DNA of 64,000 nt from an uncultured Candidatus Binatia bacterium. Its GTDB lineage: Bacteria; Desulfobacterota; Binatia; UBA9968; JAJDTQ01. The position numbers and the translations under genes are program-made. The notes under the pieces are model-generated. The model searched no databases, was not told where the DNA came from, and worked only from the letters and a program-made list of their open reading frames with translations. Position 1 is the first letter of the stretch, and each line of letters starts with the position of its first letter. This document shows positions 48,449-57,185 of this stretch, piece after piece. The stretch spans positions 224,001-288,000 of the forward strand of contig OZ251459.1 of NCBI GenBank assembly GCA_965242525.1. Direction: 5' to 3'.

Positions 48449-49183
48449 ATGACGGCTCCGGCCCGGGTCAAGATCGGCTTCGTCACCCCCATATCAAGTT
48501 CGAGCCCCCACTTCGAGCCCTTCCGGGCCCTCGTTCCCCCGGAGGTGGAGATGGAGTTCGACGGGCTGGGGATCGTCCGCGGCTCCCTGGAGAGCCTCCG
48601 GGGCGTCGGCGACCGGGTGGTGGAGACGTCCGCCCGGCTCGCCCGGGAGCGCGGGTGGCAGGGCGTCATCGTGAGCGGCGCTCCGGTGGAGGTGTTCAAC
48701 CCGGGACTGCTGGCGCAGCTAAAGGAGGCGGTGGACGCGCCCGTGACCACGGCCCTGGAATCCTGCGTCGAGGCCATCAAGGCCCTCTCCGCCACCCGGG
48801 TGCTGCTGATGACCCCGTTCGTGGAGTCCCTGAACGGGCTGATCCGCGATTACCTCGCCGCCTGCGGCGTCCACGCGGTCTCGCCCGCGGACACGTTCGA
48901 CGACTATCGTGACGCGGTGGGGGTCCCACCCGAGGACGTCCGCGCGCTGACCGCAAAGGCGTTCGAGGCGAACCCGGAGGTGGAGGCCATCTACTTCCAG
49001 GGGGCGGTGCTGGATCCTCTGGCGGTGCTGGACCGCCTCGAGAGCGACCTGGCGAGGCCGGTGGTGGCCAGCAACCCCGCGATGCTCTGGTTCATGCTGT
49101 CGAAAGTGGGCTTTCGGTGCAGCATCCCCGGTTACGGAAAGCTGCTGCGGGACTGGCCCGCCTACGCCCAGAACCTTGCGTAG
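48449..49183 (+). CDS. Maleate isomerase/arylmalonate decarboxylase (Asp/Glu racemase)-like protein lacking the catalytic cysteines
   Basis: 'PVTTALESCVEAIKAL..TRVLLMTPF' and 'LESDLARPVVASNPAMLW'. The Cys motifs are replaced by VSGAP and FQGAV. Confidence 0.8.
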   Translation: MTAPARVKIGFVTPISSSSPHFEPFRALVPPEVEMEFDGLGIVRGSLESLRGVGDRVVETSARLARERGWQGVIVSGAPVEVFNPGLLAQLKEAVDAPVTTALESCVEAIKALSATRVLLMTPFVESLNGLIRDYLAACGVHAVSPADTFDDYRDAVGVPPEDVRALTAKAFEANPEVEAIYFQGAVLDPLAVLDRLESDLARPVVASNPAMLWFMLSKVGFRCSIPGYGKLLRDWPAYAQNLA

Positions 49184-50907
49184 CCCCAACCGAGGGCTCC
49201 GAGACCCACCACCGCGCCGAAGATCCACTGCCAGTAGGGCTCCAGCACCAGCTTTCCTTCGACCTTCTCCTTCAGGTCGTCGCGTTCGTCCGCCAGTGCG
49301 CTCACCCGCTGCATGAGTTCCCCGTAGTCTCCCCCCACGCCGGCCAGGGCCTGGTCCCTTTCGGTCCGGGTCCGTTCCAGGGACCCGGTGGCCTGGGCCA
49401 GTTGCTGCTGCAAGTCCCGGAGCGCGCTTCGATGCGCGGCCTGCAATTCGGCCAATTGCTTCGTGACGCCTTCCCTGTCCGCGGCCAAGTCAGCCAAGGC
49501 CCGTTCCTTCTCCGTCTCGACCTTCCCCAGGGATTCCGTGGCCCGTTCCAGTTGCTGCCGCAAGTCCCGGAGCGCGTTTCGATGCGCGGCCTGCAATTCG
49601 GCCAACTGCTTCGTGAGCTCTCCGCCGTCCGCGGTGAGCGCGGCGAGTACCTGGTCCCTTTCGGCCCGGGTCTGTTCCAGGGATGCGGCGGTCCGTTCCA
49701 GTTGCCGTTGCAAGTCCCGGAGCGCGTCTCGGTGCGCGGCCTGCAGTTCGGCCAACTGTTTCGTGAGCTTTCCGCCGTCCGCGGTGAGCGCGGCGAGGGC
49801 CTGATCCCTTTCGGCCCGGGCCTTTTCCAGGGAACTGTTGGCCTGCGCCACTCGTTGCCGCAGTTGTTCGACGGCCTCTCGATGGTCGGCCGTGAGGGGG
49901 GCGAGTTTCTGCTCGGCTTCCCGTTCCCTGGCGGCCAGGTCGGCCACGGCCTTGTCCTTTTCGGTGCGGGTCCGTTCCAGGGAGGCGGTGACCTTCGCCA
50001 GTTGTCCTTGCAACCGTGACAGCGCGGCCTTCCGAGCCTCGGCCTCGGCTTCCAGGGACTCCCTGGCGGCGTTCAACCGGTGGGTCTCGGCGTTCATTTG
50101 CCCGATGGTCCGCTCCTGCTCGGCCACTTGGGCGGTGAGGTCGTCCTTTTCGGTGCGAGTCCGTTCCAGGGAGACGGTGACCTTCGCCAGTTGCGCTTGC
50201 AACCGTGACAGCGCGGTCTTCCGGGTCGCGGCCTCTGTCTCCAGGGACTCCCTGGCGGTGTTCATTTGCCCGATGGTCCGCTCCTGCTCGGCCGCCCGGG
50301 CGGTGAGGCCTTGCACCTGCAAGTCCAGTACGTCCCGCCTGCGCGCGAGCGCGGCCAGGTTCTCCTCCAACTCCGTCCTGGCCGCGGTCAGGACCGCGTT
50401 CTGCTGCAACAGGGAGTCCCTGGCGCCGGTGACTTCCCGGACCTTGTGGTCCATGTCCCGTATGGCCGCGGTCCTTCGAGCGAGCTCCGCGGTGAGCCCG
50501 TCCACGGTTTCGCGGGTGCGGTCCCTTTCCGCGCTCAGGGCGGCCAGCCTTTCCCGGTGCCGTTCGACCCGCTCGCGTCCTTCGCGGACCGTGTCGTCCA
50601 ACTGCTGCCTGACCTGGGCCAGGGACCCGGTGAGGTCGTCGATCCGTCCTTGGGCGTCCGCGATCTCCCGTTCCCTTCGTTCGAGGGTCCCCTCGGACCG
50701 GGCCACTTCGTTGGCAAGCCGTTCGACCCTCGACTGGAGGGCGGTGACCTCCTCGCCCCGCCGCCGGAGGTCCTGGGCGAGGTCGGCGTTTGCCGCTACC
50801 GCCCGGTCCCTCTCGCCGGCCAGTTGCTCGTATTCCTCCAGGGAGACGCATGAGGCCAGGGACAGCGATAGCGCCGCCAGTAGGCAGGGGGCTTTGACGT
50901 AGTGCAT
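49162..50907 (-). CDS. Long coiled-coil lipoprotein with C-terminal membrane anchor
   Basis: Lipobox LSLAS-C, ~520 aa of heptad-type sequence and a C-terminal hydrophobic helix WQWIFGAVVGLGALGWGY. Start 50907-50919. Confidence 0.8.
   Translation of the reverse strand: MHYVKAPCLLAALSLSLASCVSLEEYEQLAGERDRAVAANADLAQDLRRRGEEVTALQSRVERLANEVARSEGTLERREREIADAQGRIDDLTGSLAQVRQQLDDTVREGRERVERHRERLAALSAERDRTRETVDGLTAELARRTAAIRDMDHKVREVTGARDSLLQQNAVLTAARTELEENLAALARRRDVLDLQVQGLTARAAEQERTIGQMNTARESLETEAATRKTALSRLQAQLAKVTVSLERTRTEKDDLTAQVAEQERTIGQMNAETHRLNAARESLEAEAEARKAALSRLQGQLAKVTASLERTRTEKDKAVADLAAREREAEQKLAPLTADHREAVEQLRQRVAQANSSLEKARAERDQALAALTADGGKLTKQLAELQAAHRDALRDLQRQLERTAASLEQTRAERDQVLAALTADGGELTKQLAELQAAHRNALRDLRQQLERATESLGKVETEKERALADLAADREGVTKQLAELQAAHRSALRDLQQQLAQATGSLERTRTERDQALAGVGGDYGELMQRVSALADERDDLKEKVEGKLVLEPYWQWIFGAVVGLGALGWGYARFWA
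49340..49830 (-). repeat. Three tandem 150-bp (50-aa) repeats in the coiled-coil gene
   Basis: caagtcccggagcgcg recurs at 49411, 49561 and 49711. Confidence 0.9.
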
Positions 50908-51072
50908 CATTCCTTTCACCCCGTCGGGTCCGGTTCCGGCTTTCCTCCCGCGGAGTCCGCCTCGGTTCCCGTTCGTCGAAGAATGCGCCGGGTACGCCGG
51001 CGCTGCGTCAGGTTACCTATCAGACTCGCCAGGCAATAAGCAACGCCGAAGCAACGATGGGCAGGGGGGCCG

Positions 51073-52248
51073 CTAGACCACCTGCCGGGCGCGCAGCCCG
51101 GCGATGGCTTCCGCGCCGTATCCCAGGGCCGCCAGGACCTCGTCGGTGTTCTCGCCCAGCATGGGCGGGGGCGCGGGGGTCTCGGGCGGGGTTCGGCTCA
51201 TGTGGACGCCGCTTCCCACCAGCTTGACCTTGCCCATCTTCGGGTGCGTCACCTCGATGGGGAAGCCGTACTGCCGCACCTGCGGGTCGTCGAACACGTC
51301 CTCCAGGTTGTTCAAGGGGGTGGAGGGGACGTCGTGCTCTTCCAGCTTGCGCAGCCACGCGTCGCGGGAGTCGCGCCCGAATATGGCCTGGAGCTCCCGC
51401 TCCAGCAGGTCATGGTTTTCGGTGCGCTCCTCCTTGCCGGCGAAGCGGGGGTCCTCCGCCCACCCGGGCCGCTCCACCACTTCCAGCAGGCCGAGCCAGA
51501 ACTTGGCGGGCGAGGACAGGTGGACCACGAAGGGCTTGCCGTCCCGGTCCACGAACGCGAAGACGCCGGCGGTGCGGGTGCGGTCGGCCCGGCTGGGCAC
51601 CACGCCGGTCTCGAAGTACCGGGCGCAGTTCTCCGCGGTGAACGACACCGACGCCCGCAGCAGGGAGGTCTCGATGACCTGCCCTTCCCCGGTCATCATC
51701 CGATTCACCAGCGCGGCCAGGATCCCGTAGCAGGCATAGACCCCGGTGAGGTGGTCGGACAGGGAGATGCCCATGCCCTTGGGCTGGTCCGGGTCCGTGA
51801 GCAGGCTCAGCAGGCCGCTCATGCCCTGGCCGACGGTGTCGAACCCGGGCCGGTCCCGGTAGGGGCCTTCCTGGCCGAAGCCGGAGATGGAGCAGTAGAT
51901 GATCCCGGGGTTCAGCGGGCGGACGTCGTCGTAGCCCAGCCCCCGGCGGGCCATGACCCCGGGCCGATGGTTCTCGACGAGCACGTCGGCCTGCGCGGCC
52001 AGCCGGCGGCAGACGTCCCGGCCCTCGTCGCTGCGGATGTCCAGCGTGACGCTCTTCTTGTTCCGGTTCAGGCTGCAAAAGGTGGCCGAGTACAGCCGCT
52101 CGCCCCAGCCCCGGAACGGGTCGCCCCGTTCCCGCTCCTCGACCTTGACCACTTCGGCGCCCAGGTCGGCCAGGAGCATGGACGCGAACGGGCCCGTGAC
52201 GTAGCTGGCCAACTCCAGGACCCGTATGCCTTCGAGGGTTCCCGACAT
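51073..52248 (-). CDS. Class III CoA-transferase (CaiB/BaiF family)
   Basis: 'LEGIRVLEL..VTGPFASMLLADLGAEVVKVE', 'NRNKKSVTLD', 'ENHRPG', 'SISGFGQEGPY' and the catalytic Asp in 'SLSDHLTG'. Confidence 0.93.
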   Translation of the reverse strand: MSGTLEGIRVLELASYVTGPFASMLLADLGAEVVKVEERERGDPFRGWGERLYSATFCSLNRNKKSVTLDIRSDEGRDVCRRLAAQADVLVENHRPGVMARRGLGYDDVRPLNPGIIYCSISGFGQEGPYRDRPGFDTVGQGMSGLLSLLTDPDQPKGMGISLSDHLTGVYACYGILAALVNRMMTGEGQVIETSLLRASVSFTAENCARYFETGVVPSRADRTRTAGVFAFVDRDGKPFVVHLSSPAKFWLGLLEVVERPGWAEDPRFAGKEERTENHDLLERELQAIFGRDSRDAWLRKLEEHDVPSTPLNNLEDVFDDPQVRQYGFPIEVTHPKMGKVKLVGSGVHMSRTPPETPAPPPMLGENTDEVLAALGYGAEAIAGLRARQVV

Positions 52249-52260
52249 GGCTCCTCCTAT

Positions 52261-52370
52261 GGAACGCCTGATCGATTCCGGCTCGAACCCCCTCTCCCTG
52301 TGGGAAAAGGCGTCCTTCGACTTCGCTTCGCTACGCTCAGGACGAACGGGGACGATCGCTCGGAGTTTCC
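52261..52370 (+). mobile_element. Full-length 110-bp MITE-like element with 4-bp CTAT target-site duplication
   Basis: CTAT at 52257-52260 and 52371-52374, imperfect terminal inverted repeats GGAACGCCTGA / TCGGAGTTTCC, and three related copies elsewhere in the window. Confidence 0.8.
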
Positions 52371-54605
52371 CTATGCCTCGATGCGGATGTCCCAGAGGTC
52401 CTCTTCGCCGCCGAGCTCCGGGCAGTACACGTCCACCTGGAGAAGGGTGGCGCAGCCGGGGCAGACGTATTCGTGGTACCTGCCCAGGTAGTCCTCGCCG
52501 GACGCCGGACGCTGGCAGCCGATGGCGTCCAGCGGGACGACGCGCTTGAGGCAGCGTTTCTTGTAGTTCCCTTCGGGACCGCCGAAGAGGAAGCCGCAGC
52601 GCATGCAGCGGACCTGCTTGCGGCTTCCGTTGCGCACCACCTCCAGCACTTCGTGGATGCGCGCCACCGGGCGCCAGTCCGCAGGTTCGTGCTCCGGGGC
52701 CGGGTCCGCCGGCGCCGCGGGCTCGCTCTCCTCCAGGCGCGCCCTCCGTATGGCTTCCCGCTGCTCCCCGGTCCCGGCCTCGTCCACTTGGCGGCCCTTC
52801 CCGCGCAGCACGACCCCATAGACCCGCAGCGCCGCCTCTTCCGTGGCCACCCCCACCCGGACGTCGCGCGCCACCGCGGCCGGGTCCCGGTCCAGCGGGT
52901 CTCCGTAGCCCCCGCCGCTCTGGACGTAGTCGCTCAGGAGCGTGAACTCGGGCAGCGAGACCCGTCCCGGCGCGCCCTCCGGCAGCAGCACCTTGCCCCA
53001 GCCCTCCCCTTCGATGTCGTCGAGCCGTGCGGGGTAGTCCCCCGCGGCCAACCGTTCCCGGACATCGCCTTCGGTCAGGAAGATGGCCCGGATGCCGCCG
53101 GGGCCCGCGGGATGGCCGCCGAAGAGCCCGTAGGCGCCCTGGGGGATCCAGCCGTAGGGCTTGAAGTCCACCGAGAAGTCCTGCGAGCCATAGACCATGA
53201 AGATGCGGTAGGTGCCGACCCCGCCGCGGTACTTGCCGAACCCGGAACCGTCGGTGTTGTGGTTGCGGGAGAAATAGAGCAGCGGGTACTGCATCTCGGT
53301 GCGTTCGATGTCGCTGATGCCTCCCGAGGGGATGTTCATGTGGCCGCCGGTGTTGACGCCATCCCGCAACGGCGTGGCGCCCAGGCCGCTGCCGTGGATG
53401 TCGTAGATGCCCATGGCGGTGCGGACGCCTTCCCGGTTGTGGCCGGCCGGGATGTAGCCGGGGCCGCCCTCGTACCAGGTGGCGTACCAGGTGGCCGGCA
53501 CGTCCTGGTAGCGGCCCGCGGCGAACAGCATCTTGCCCGCGGCCTCGCACACCGCGGCCACCAGGATGCCGCCCACCACCGGCGCCGCGGCGCACGCCGC
53601 GGGGAACCGGCAGTTCAGCACCGATCCCTCCGGCGCCACGATGTCCATGGGGGCGAACTTGCCGTCGCTCCAGGGCACGTCCCAGAACAGCGTGTTGGTG
53701 ATGGCGACGCCGATGAGGGCCCGGGTGCTGGGGAAGGTGGAGTTCACGTCGCCCGCGGTCTGGGGGCTCGTGCCGGTGACGTCGAGGGTCAGGCGGTCCC
53801 CCTGCTTGGTGAGGGTGCAGAGGATCCGGAGGGGCATGGCCTTGCGGCTCCCGGTGTCCAGCGAGGTGAGGTAGGTGCGTCCGGTCCAGCGGCCGTCCGG
53901 CAGGGACTCGAGCTTGGCCCGGGCCGCGGCCTCGGTGTCGGCGACGACCTTCGCGCCCGCGGCCCGGACGAACGCCAGGCCGAACTTGTCCACCAGCGCC
54001 AGGTAGCGCCGGGAGCACACGTTGTTGCCGGCGATCATGGCCTTCAGGTCCAGCCCCACGTACTGGGGGTCGCGGCACTGCTCCGTGAGGGACTTGAACA
54101 CGTCCTCGCGGAACTCCCCCCGCTCCACCACCTTGAGGCCCATGATGCGGATGCCTTCGTGGTAGATCTCGGTGGCGGCGCCCCGCAGCATGCCGCCGGT
54201 GTCCGCGGTATGGGTGCTGGTGGCCACCCAGGCGATGAGCCGGTGGTCGTGGAATATGGGCTTGATGACCATCATGTCATAGGTGTGGGCCCCGGCCACG
54301 TAGGGGTCGTTGAAGAAGAACTGGTCGCCGTCGAAGAAGCCCGGCGACTCCCCGAACAGGTCGATGATGTGCCGGATGGCGTCCGAGGTGGCGTGGGCGA
54401 AGCGCAGGTGTCCCGAGCAGGCCAGCACCATGGTCCCGCGGGCGTCGTAGAAGGAGCTCATGCATTCCCCGCCCTGGGCGACGATGGGGGAGGCGGTGAC
54501 GCGCTGCAAGGTCATCCGGCCTTCCTCGCCGATGGCCCACAGGCGGTGGAGGAACATCTCGTAGCGGATGGGGTCCATGTCATGGGTCGTGTGTTGCTGG
54601 TTCAT
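52371..54605 (-). CDS. Hydantoinase B/oxoprolinase (acetone carboxylase alpha-like) protein fused to an acetone-carboxylase gamma-like Zn domain
   Basis: 'DPIRYEMF', 'NDPYVAGAHTYD', 'HTADTGG', 'EIYHEG' and 'GGGYGDPLDRDP', then C-terminal CMRC...CPGC ('YHEYVCPGCATLLQVD'). Confidence 0.88.
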   Translation of the reverse strand: MNQQHTTHDMDPIRYEMFLHRLWAIGEEGRMTLQRVTASPIVAQGGECMSSFYDARGTMVLACSGHLRFAHATSDAIRHIIDLFGESPGFFDGDQFFFNDPYVAGAHTYDMMVIKPIFHDHRLIAWVATSTHTADTGGMLRGAATEIYHEGIRIMGLKVVERGEFREDVFKSLTEQCRDPQYVGLDLKAMIAGNNVCSRRYLALVDKFGLAFVRAAGAKVVADTEAAARAKLESLPDGRWTGRTYLTSLDTGSRKAMPLRILCTLTKQGDRLTLDVTGTSPQTAGDVNSTFPSTRALIGVAITNTLFWDVPWSDGKFAPMDIVAPEGSVLNCRFPAACAAAPVVGGILVAAVCEAAGKMLFAAGRYQDVPATWYATWYEGGPGYIPAGHNREGVRTAMGIYDIHGSGLGATPLRDGVNTGGHMNIPSGGISDIERTEMQYPLLYFSRNHNTDGSGFGKYRGGVGTYRIFMVYGSQDFSVDFKPYGWIPQGAYGLFGGHPAGPGGIRAIFLTEGDVRERLAAGDYPARLDDIEGEGWGKVLLPEGAPGRVSLPEFTLLSDYVQSGGGYGDPLDRDPAAVARDVRVGVATEEAALRVYGVVLRGKGRQVDEAGTGEQREAIRRARLEESEPAAPADPAPEHEPADWRPVARIHEVLEVVRNGSRKQVRCMRCGFLFGGPEGNYKKRCLKRVVPLDAIGCQRPASGEDYLGRYHEYVCPGCATLLQVDVYCPELGGEEDLWDIRIEA

Positions 54606-54686
54606 GGCTACCTCGACGGGGAATCGACCGGAGGTCCCGGCGTCCTTCCGGACTCGGTCGGCTGTGCGGGTCAGCGCCGGGCGGGG

Positions 54687-55799
54687 TCAGCCCGCGCGAG
54701 CCCGCGGACCGTTGCCGGCATGTCCGCGGGGCGCCTGGATCCCGCGGACCTCGGGCAGGGCTTCCCGGGCAAACCGCCGCATGGACTCCTCGATGTGTTC
54801 ATGGGACACGCTGCCGATGTTCATCCAGGCCAGGACATGCTCGGCCCCGGTCTCCCGGGCCAGCTCGGCGACCCTGTCCACCACCCGGTCCGCGGCGCCG
54901 ATGGCGGCGAACTCCTCCACCACCCGGTGGAAGGTCAGGCCGTCGGACGCCGCGTTCTTGCGCAGCCGTTCGGGCAACGGCCGTCCCTGGTCCGTGAGCC
55001 ATCGGGCGTAGTTCCCACGGGTCTCCCGGATCACGTCGTAGTAGCCCATGACCCCGGCCTCGGACCTCGCCCGGGCTTCCGAGTCCGTGGCGCCCACGTG
55101 CATGGGCAGGAGCAGGCCGAGCTCGTGCCCGTCCGGGTCGTGGCCGTGGGCCGCCAAGCCCTCCCGGTAGGCCGCGGAGAACCGGCGCAGCTCGTCCCCG
55201 GTGCGCACGTGCACGGGGAGGAACAGGTTGAGGCCCATGCGCGCGGCGAAATGGACGCCGTCGAGGGAGCTGGCGGCCGTGTAGATGGGCGGGTGCGGCC
55301 GCTGGACGGGTTTGGGGTTGGCCACGATGCCGGGCACCCGGAAGAACTCTCCCCGGTAGTCCACCGCTTCCTCGGTCCAGGCGAGCCGGATCACCTCGAT
55401 GCTCTCCTCCATGATGCGCCGCACGTCCGCGTGCTCCACGCCGAAGCACTCGTAGGCCCGGGTGTGGGGATGGCCGCCCCCGGCCGCGAAGCACATGCGG
55501 CCGTTGCTCAACAGGTCCAGGGTGGCGGCCTGCTCGGCCAGTTGCATGGGGTGGTGGATGGGAAGGGTGTTCACCGCCACCCCGAGCCGCAGCCTCCGGG
55601 TCCTCTGGGTGGCCGCCCCCAGGACCACGTAGGGCGCCGACAACAGGGAGAAGCTGGGGGTGAAGTGGATCTCGGCCACCCAATAGCCGTCGTAGCCCAG
55701 GGCGTCGGCCAGCTCGGCCTGCTCCAGGAACTGTTCCAGCAAGGCCGCGGGAACGCCTTTCGACGGACACTGTACCTCGGTGAAGAGGCTGACTTTCAT
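54687..55799 (-). CDS. LLM-class (luciferase-like) flavin-dependent oxidoreductase
   Basis: 'ADALGYDGYWVAEIHF', 'LAEQAATLDLLSNGR' and 'PKPVQRPHPPI'. Confidence 0.92.
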   Translation of the reverse strand: MKVSLFTEVQCPSKGVPAALLEQFLEQAELADALGYDGYWVAEIHFTPSFSLLSAPYVVLGAATQRTRRLRLGVAVNTLPIHHPMQLAEQAATLDLLSNGRMCFAAGGGHPHTRAYECFGVEHADVRRIMEESIEVIRLAWTEEAVDYRGEFFRVPGIVANPKPVQRPHPPIYTAASSLDGVHFAARMGLNLFLPVHVRTGDELRRFSAAYREGLAAHGHDPDGHELGLLLPMHVGATDSEARARSEAGVMGYYDVIRETRGNYARWLTDQGRPLPERLRKNAASDGLTFHRVVEEFAAIGAADRVVDRVAELARETGAEHVLAWMNIGSVSHEHIEESMRRFAREALPEVRGIQAPRGHAGNGPRARAG

Positions 55800-55966
55800 G
55801 CACGCTTCTCCCTCGGGCCGCAGGCGCTGGACTGCGCGCCCCAAGGAGTTCTATACCGAAAAAGCCCCCCGGAAACAAAGCCGCCCGCGGCAGGGCGCAA
55901 CATCGCGGCCGGGGTCCCGGCGAGCCCGTTCCCGCGAGAGGCGGCCGGAAGCAGGGCATGGCGTCG

Positions 55967-56165
55967 TCACGCCCTGTTCATCATGCAGGTCAGGTATGCG
56001 GAAGCCTTCTTGCTGCCTCTCTGCTTGTTCATCGACAGGGGGCACTTCGGTTTGAACCTCTTCTTGAGCCTCCGGTACTCTCTGCTTGCCGTTTTCGCGT
56101 CCATCAGGGAGGGTTCGACACGCTCATGGAGGATGGCCGTGCGGTACTCGAAATATAGTTCGAGA
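55967..56165 (-). pseudogene. Probable internal remnant of a restriction endonuclease gene
   Basis: Short frame YFEYRTAILHERVEPSLMDAKTASREYRRLKKRFKPKCPLSMNKQRGSKKASAYLTCMMN. It resembles, from recall and unverified, proteins encoded next to this methylase type. It abuts the methylase and ends abruptly. Confidence 0.45.
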
Positions 56166-57062
56166 ATGACGAGGACCGACCAGGACACGCTGGACATGTT
56201 CCAGGGCACGGAGTTCCGGCACGTTGCCCCGTTTCACACGCAGTTGCTCAAGTGGATCGGGAACAAGCAGCGCTTTGCCCATGAAATAGCGTCCTATTTT
56301 CCAGGGGATGTGAAGACCTATTTCGAACCGTTCCTGGGCAGCGGCGCCGTTCTCGCCGCCTTGCAGCCTCCGCAGGCCCTTGGGTCCGATGCTTTCGGCC
56401 CGCTCATGGAGATTTGGAAGACTCTCGCCCTGGACCCTGGAAAGGTCGAGTGCTGGTACAGGGAACGACACGAGGAGTACAGCCGCTTCGACGGCGTGGA
56501 AGGCTACGAGCGCATCAAGTCAAGGTACAACGCCAAGCCCAACGGAGCGGATCTGCTCTTCCTGTGCCGGAGCTGTTACGGCGGCGTCGTGCGGTTTCGC
56601 AAGTCTGACGGATACATGTCAACGCCCTGCGGGGCGCACAAGCCGGTAACGCCGGGGTCTTTCGCTCGGCGCGTCCAGATCTGGAAGCGTCGGACCGCCG
56701 GGGCCGCGTTCGAGCAACTGGACTTCAGCCACGCCATGCGACGAGCCGGACGGGGGGACCTGGTCTATTGCGACCCGCCCTATACGCACAGCCAGACCAT
56801 ACTTTACCGGGGGCAGGATTTCCAACTGGGCCGCCTCATGGACGAAATCGTGTCGTGCAAGGAACGGGGCGTCCGTGTGGCCCTGAGCATCGATGGGAGG
56901 AAGAAGTCGGGCCGGGTGAACTGCCGTCTGGACATTCCCGAAGGGCTGTTCGAGCGAGAGGTCTTCGTGAACTGTGGACGCAGCATGCTCCGCCGCTTTC
57001 AAATGGAAGGCGAGTCGTTGGAAGACGAGATCGTCCATGACCGGCTGCTCCTGACCTATTGA
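56166..57062 (+). CDS. DNA adenine methyltransferase (Dam/D12, alpha class)
   Basis: 'LLKWIGNKQRF', motif I 'YFEPFLGSGAV' and motif IV 'VYCDPPY'. Start uncertain (56133/56166/56196). Confidence 0.92.
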   Translation: MTRTDQDTLDMFQGTEFRHVAPFHTQLLKWIGNKQRFAHEIASYFPGDVKTYFEPFLGSGAVLAALQPPQALGSDAFGPLMEIWKTLALDPGKVECWYRERHEEYSRFDGVEGYERIKSRYNAKPNGADLLFLCRSCYGGVVRFRKSDGYMSTPCGAHKPVTPGSFARRVQIWKRRTAGAAFEQLDFSHAMRRAGRGDLVYCDPPYTHSQTILYRGQDFQLGRLMDEIVSCKERGVRVALSIDGRKKSGRVNCRLDIPEGLFEREVFVNCGRSMLRRFQMEGESLEDEIVHDRLLLTY

Positions 57063-57115
57063 GCCGTGCCTTCAAGGGCCTCGGAGCCCGCTTGCCGGGC
57101 CTCGTTCCGTCGAAA

Positions 57116-57144
57116 TTGATTTTGTCCGGCCTGCGGTATAGATT
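57116..57144 (+). promoter_or_regulatory. Putative promoter of htpX
   Basis: TTGATT, 17-bp spacer, TAGATT, ending about 40 bp upstream of the start. Confidence 0.4.
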
Positions 57145-57185
57145 TCCCGGGGGCGTCAAACCATCCAAGAAAGGGAAGGAAGTCC

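Noticed and set aside
51030-51052. Sigma54 -24/-12 promoter upstream of the coiled-coil gene
   Set aside because: GG-to-GC spacing is 11 nt instead of the required 10.
52473-56132. 1529-aa ORF 52473..57062 as a giant methylase fusion
   Set aside because: Only the last ~300 aa are the MTase. The rest is antisense to the hydantoinase-B and LLM genes.
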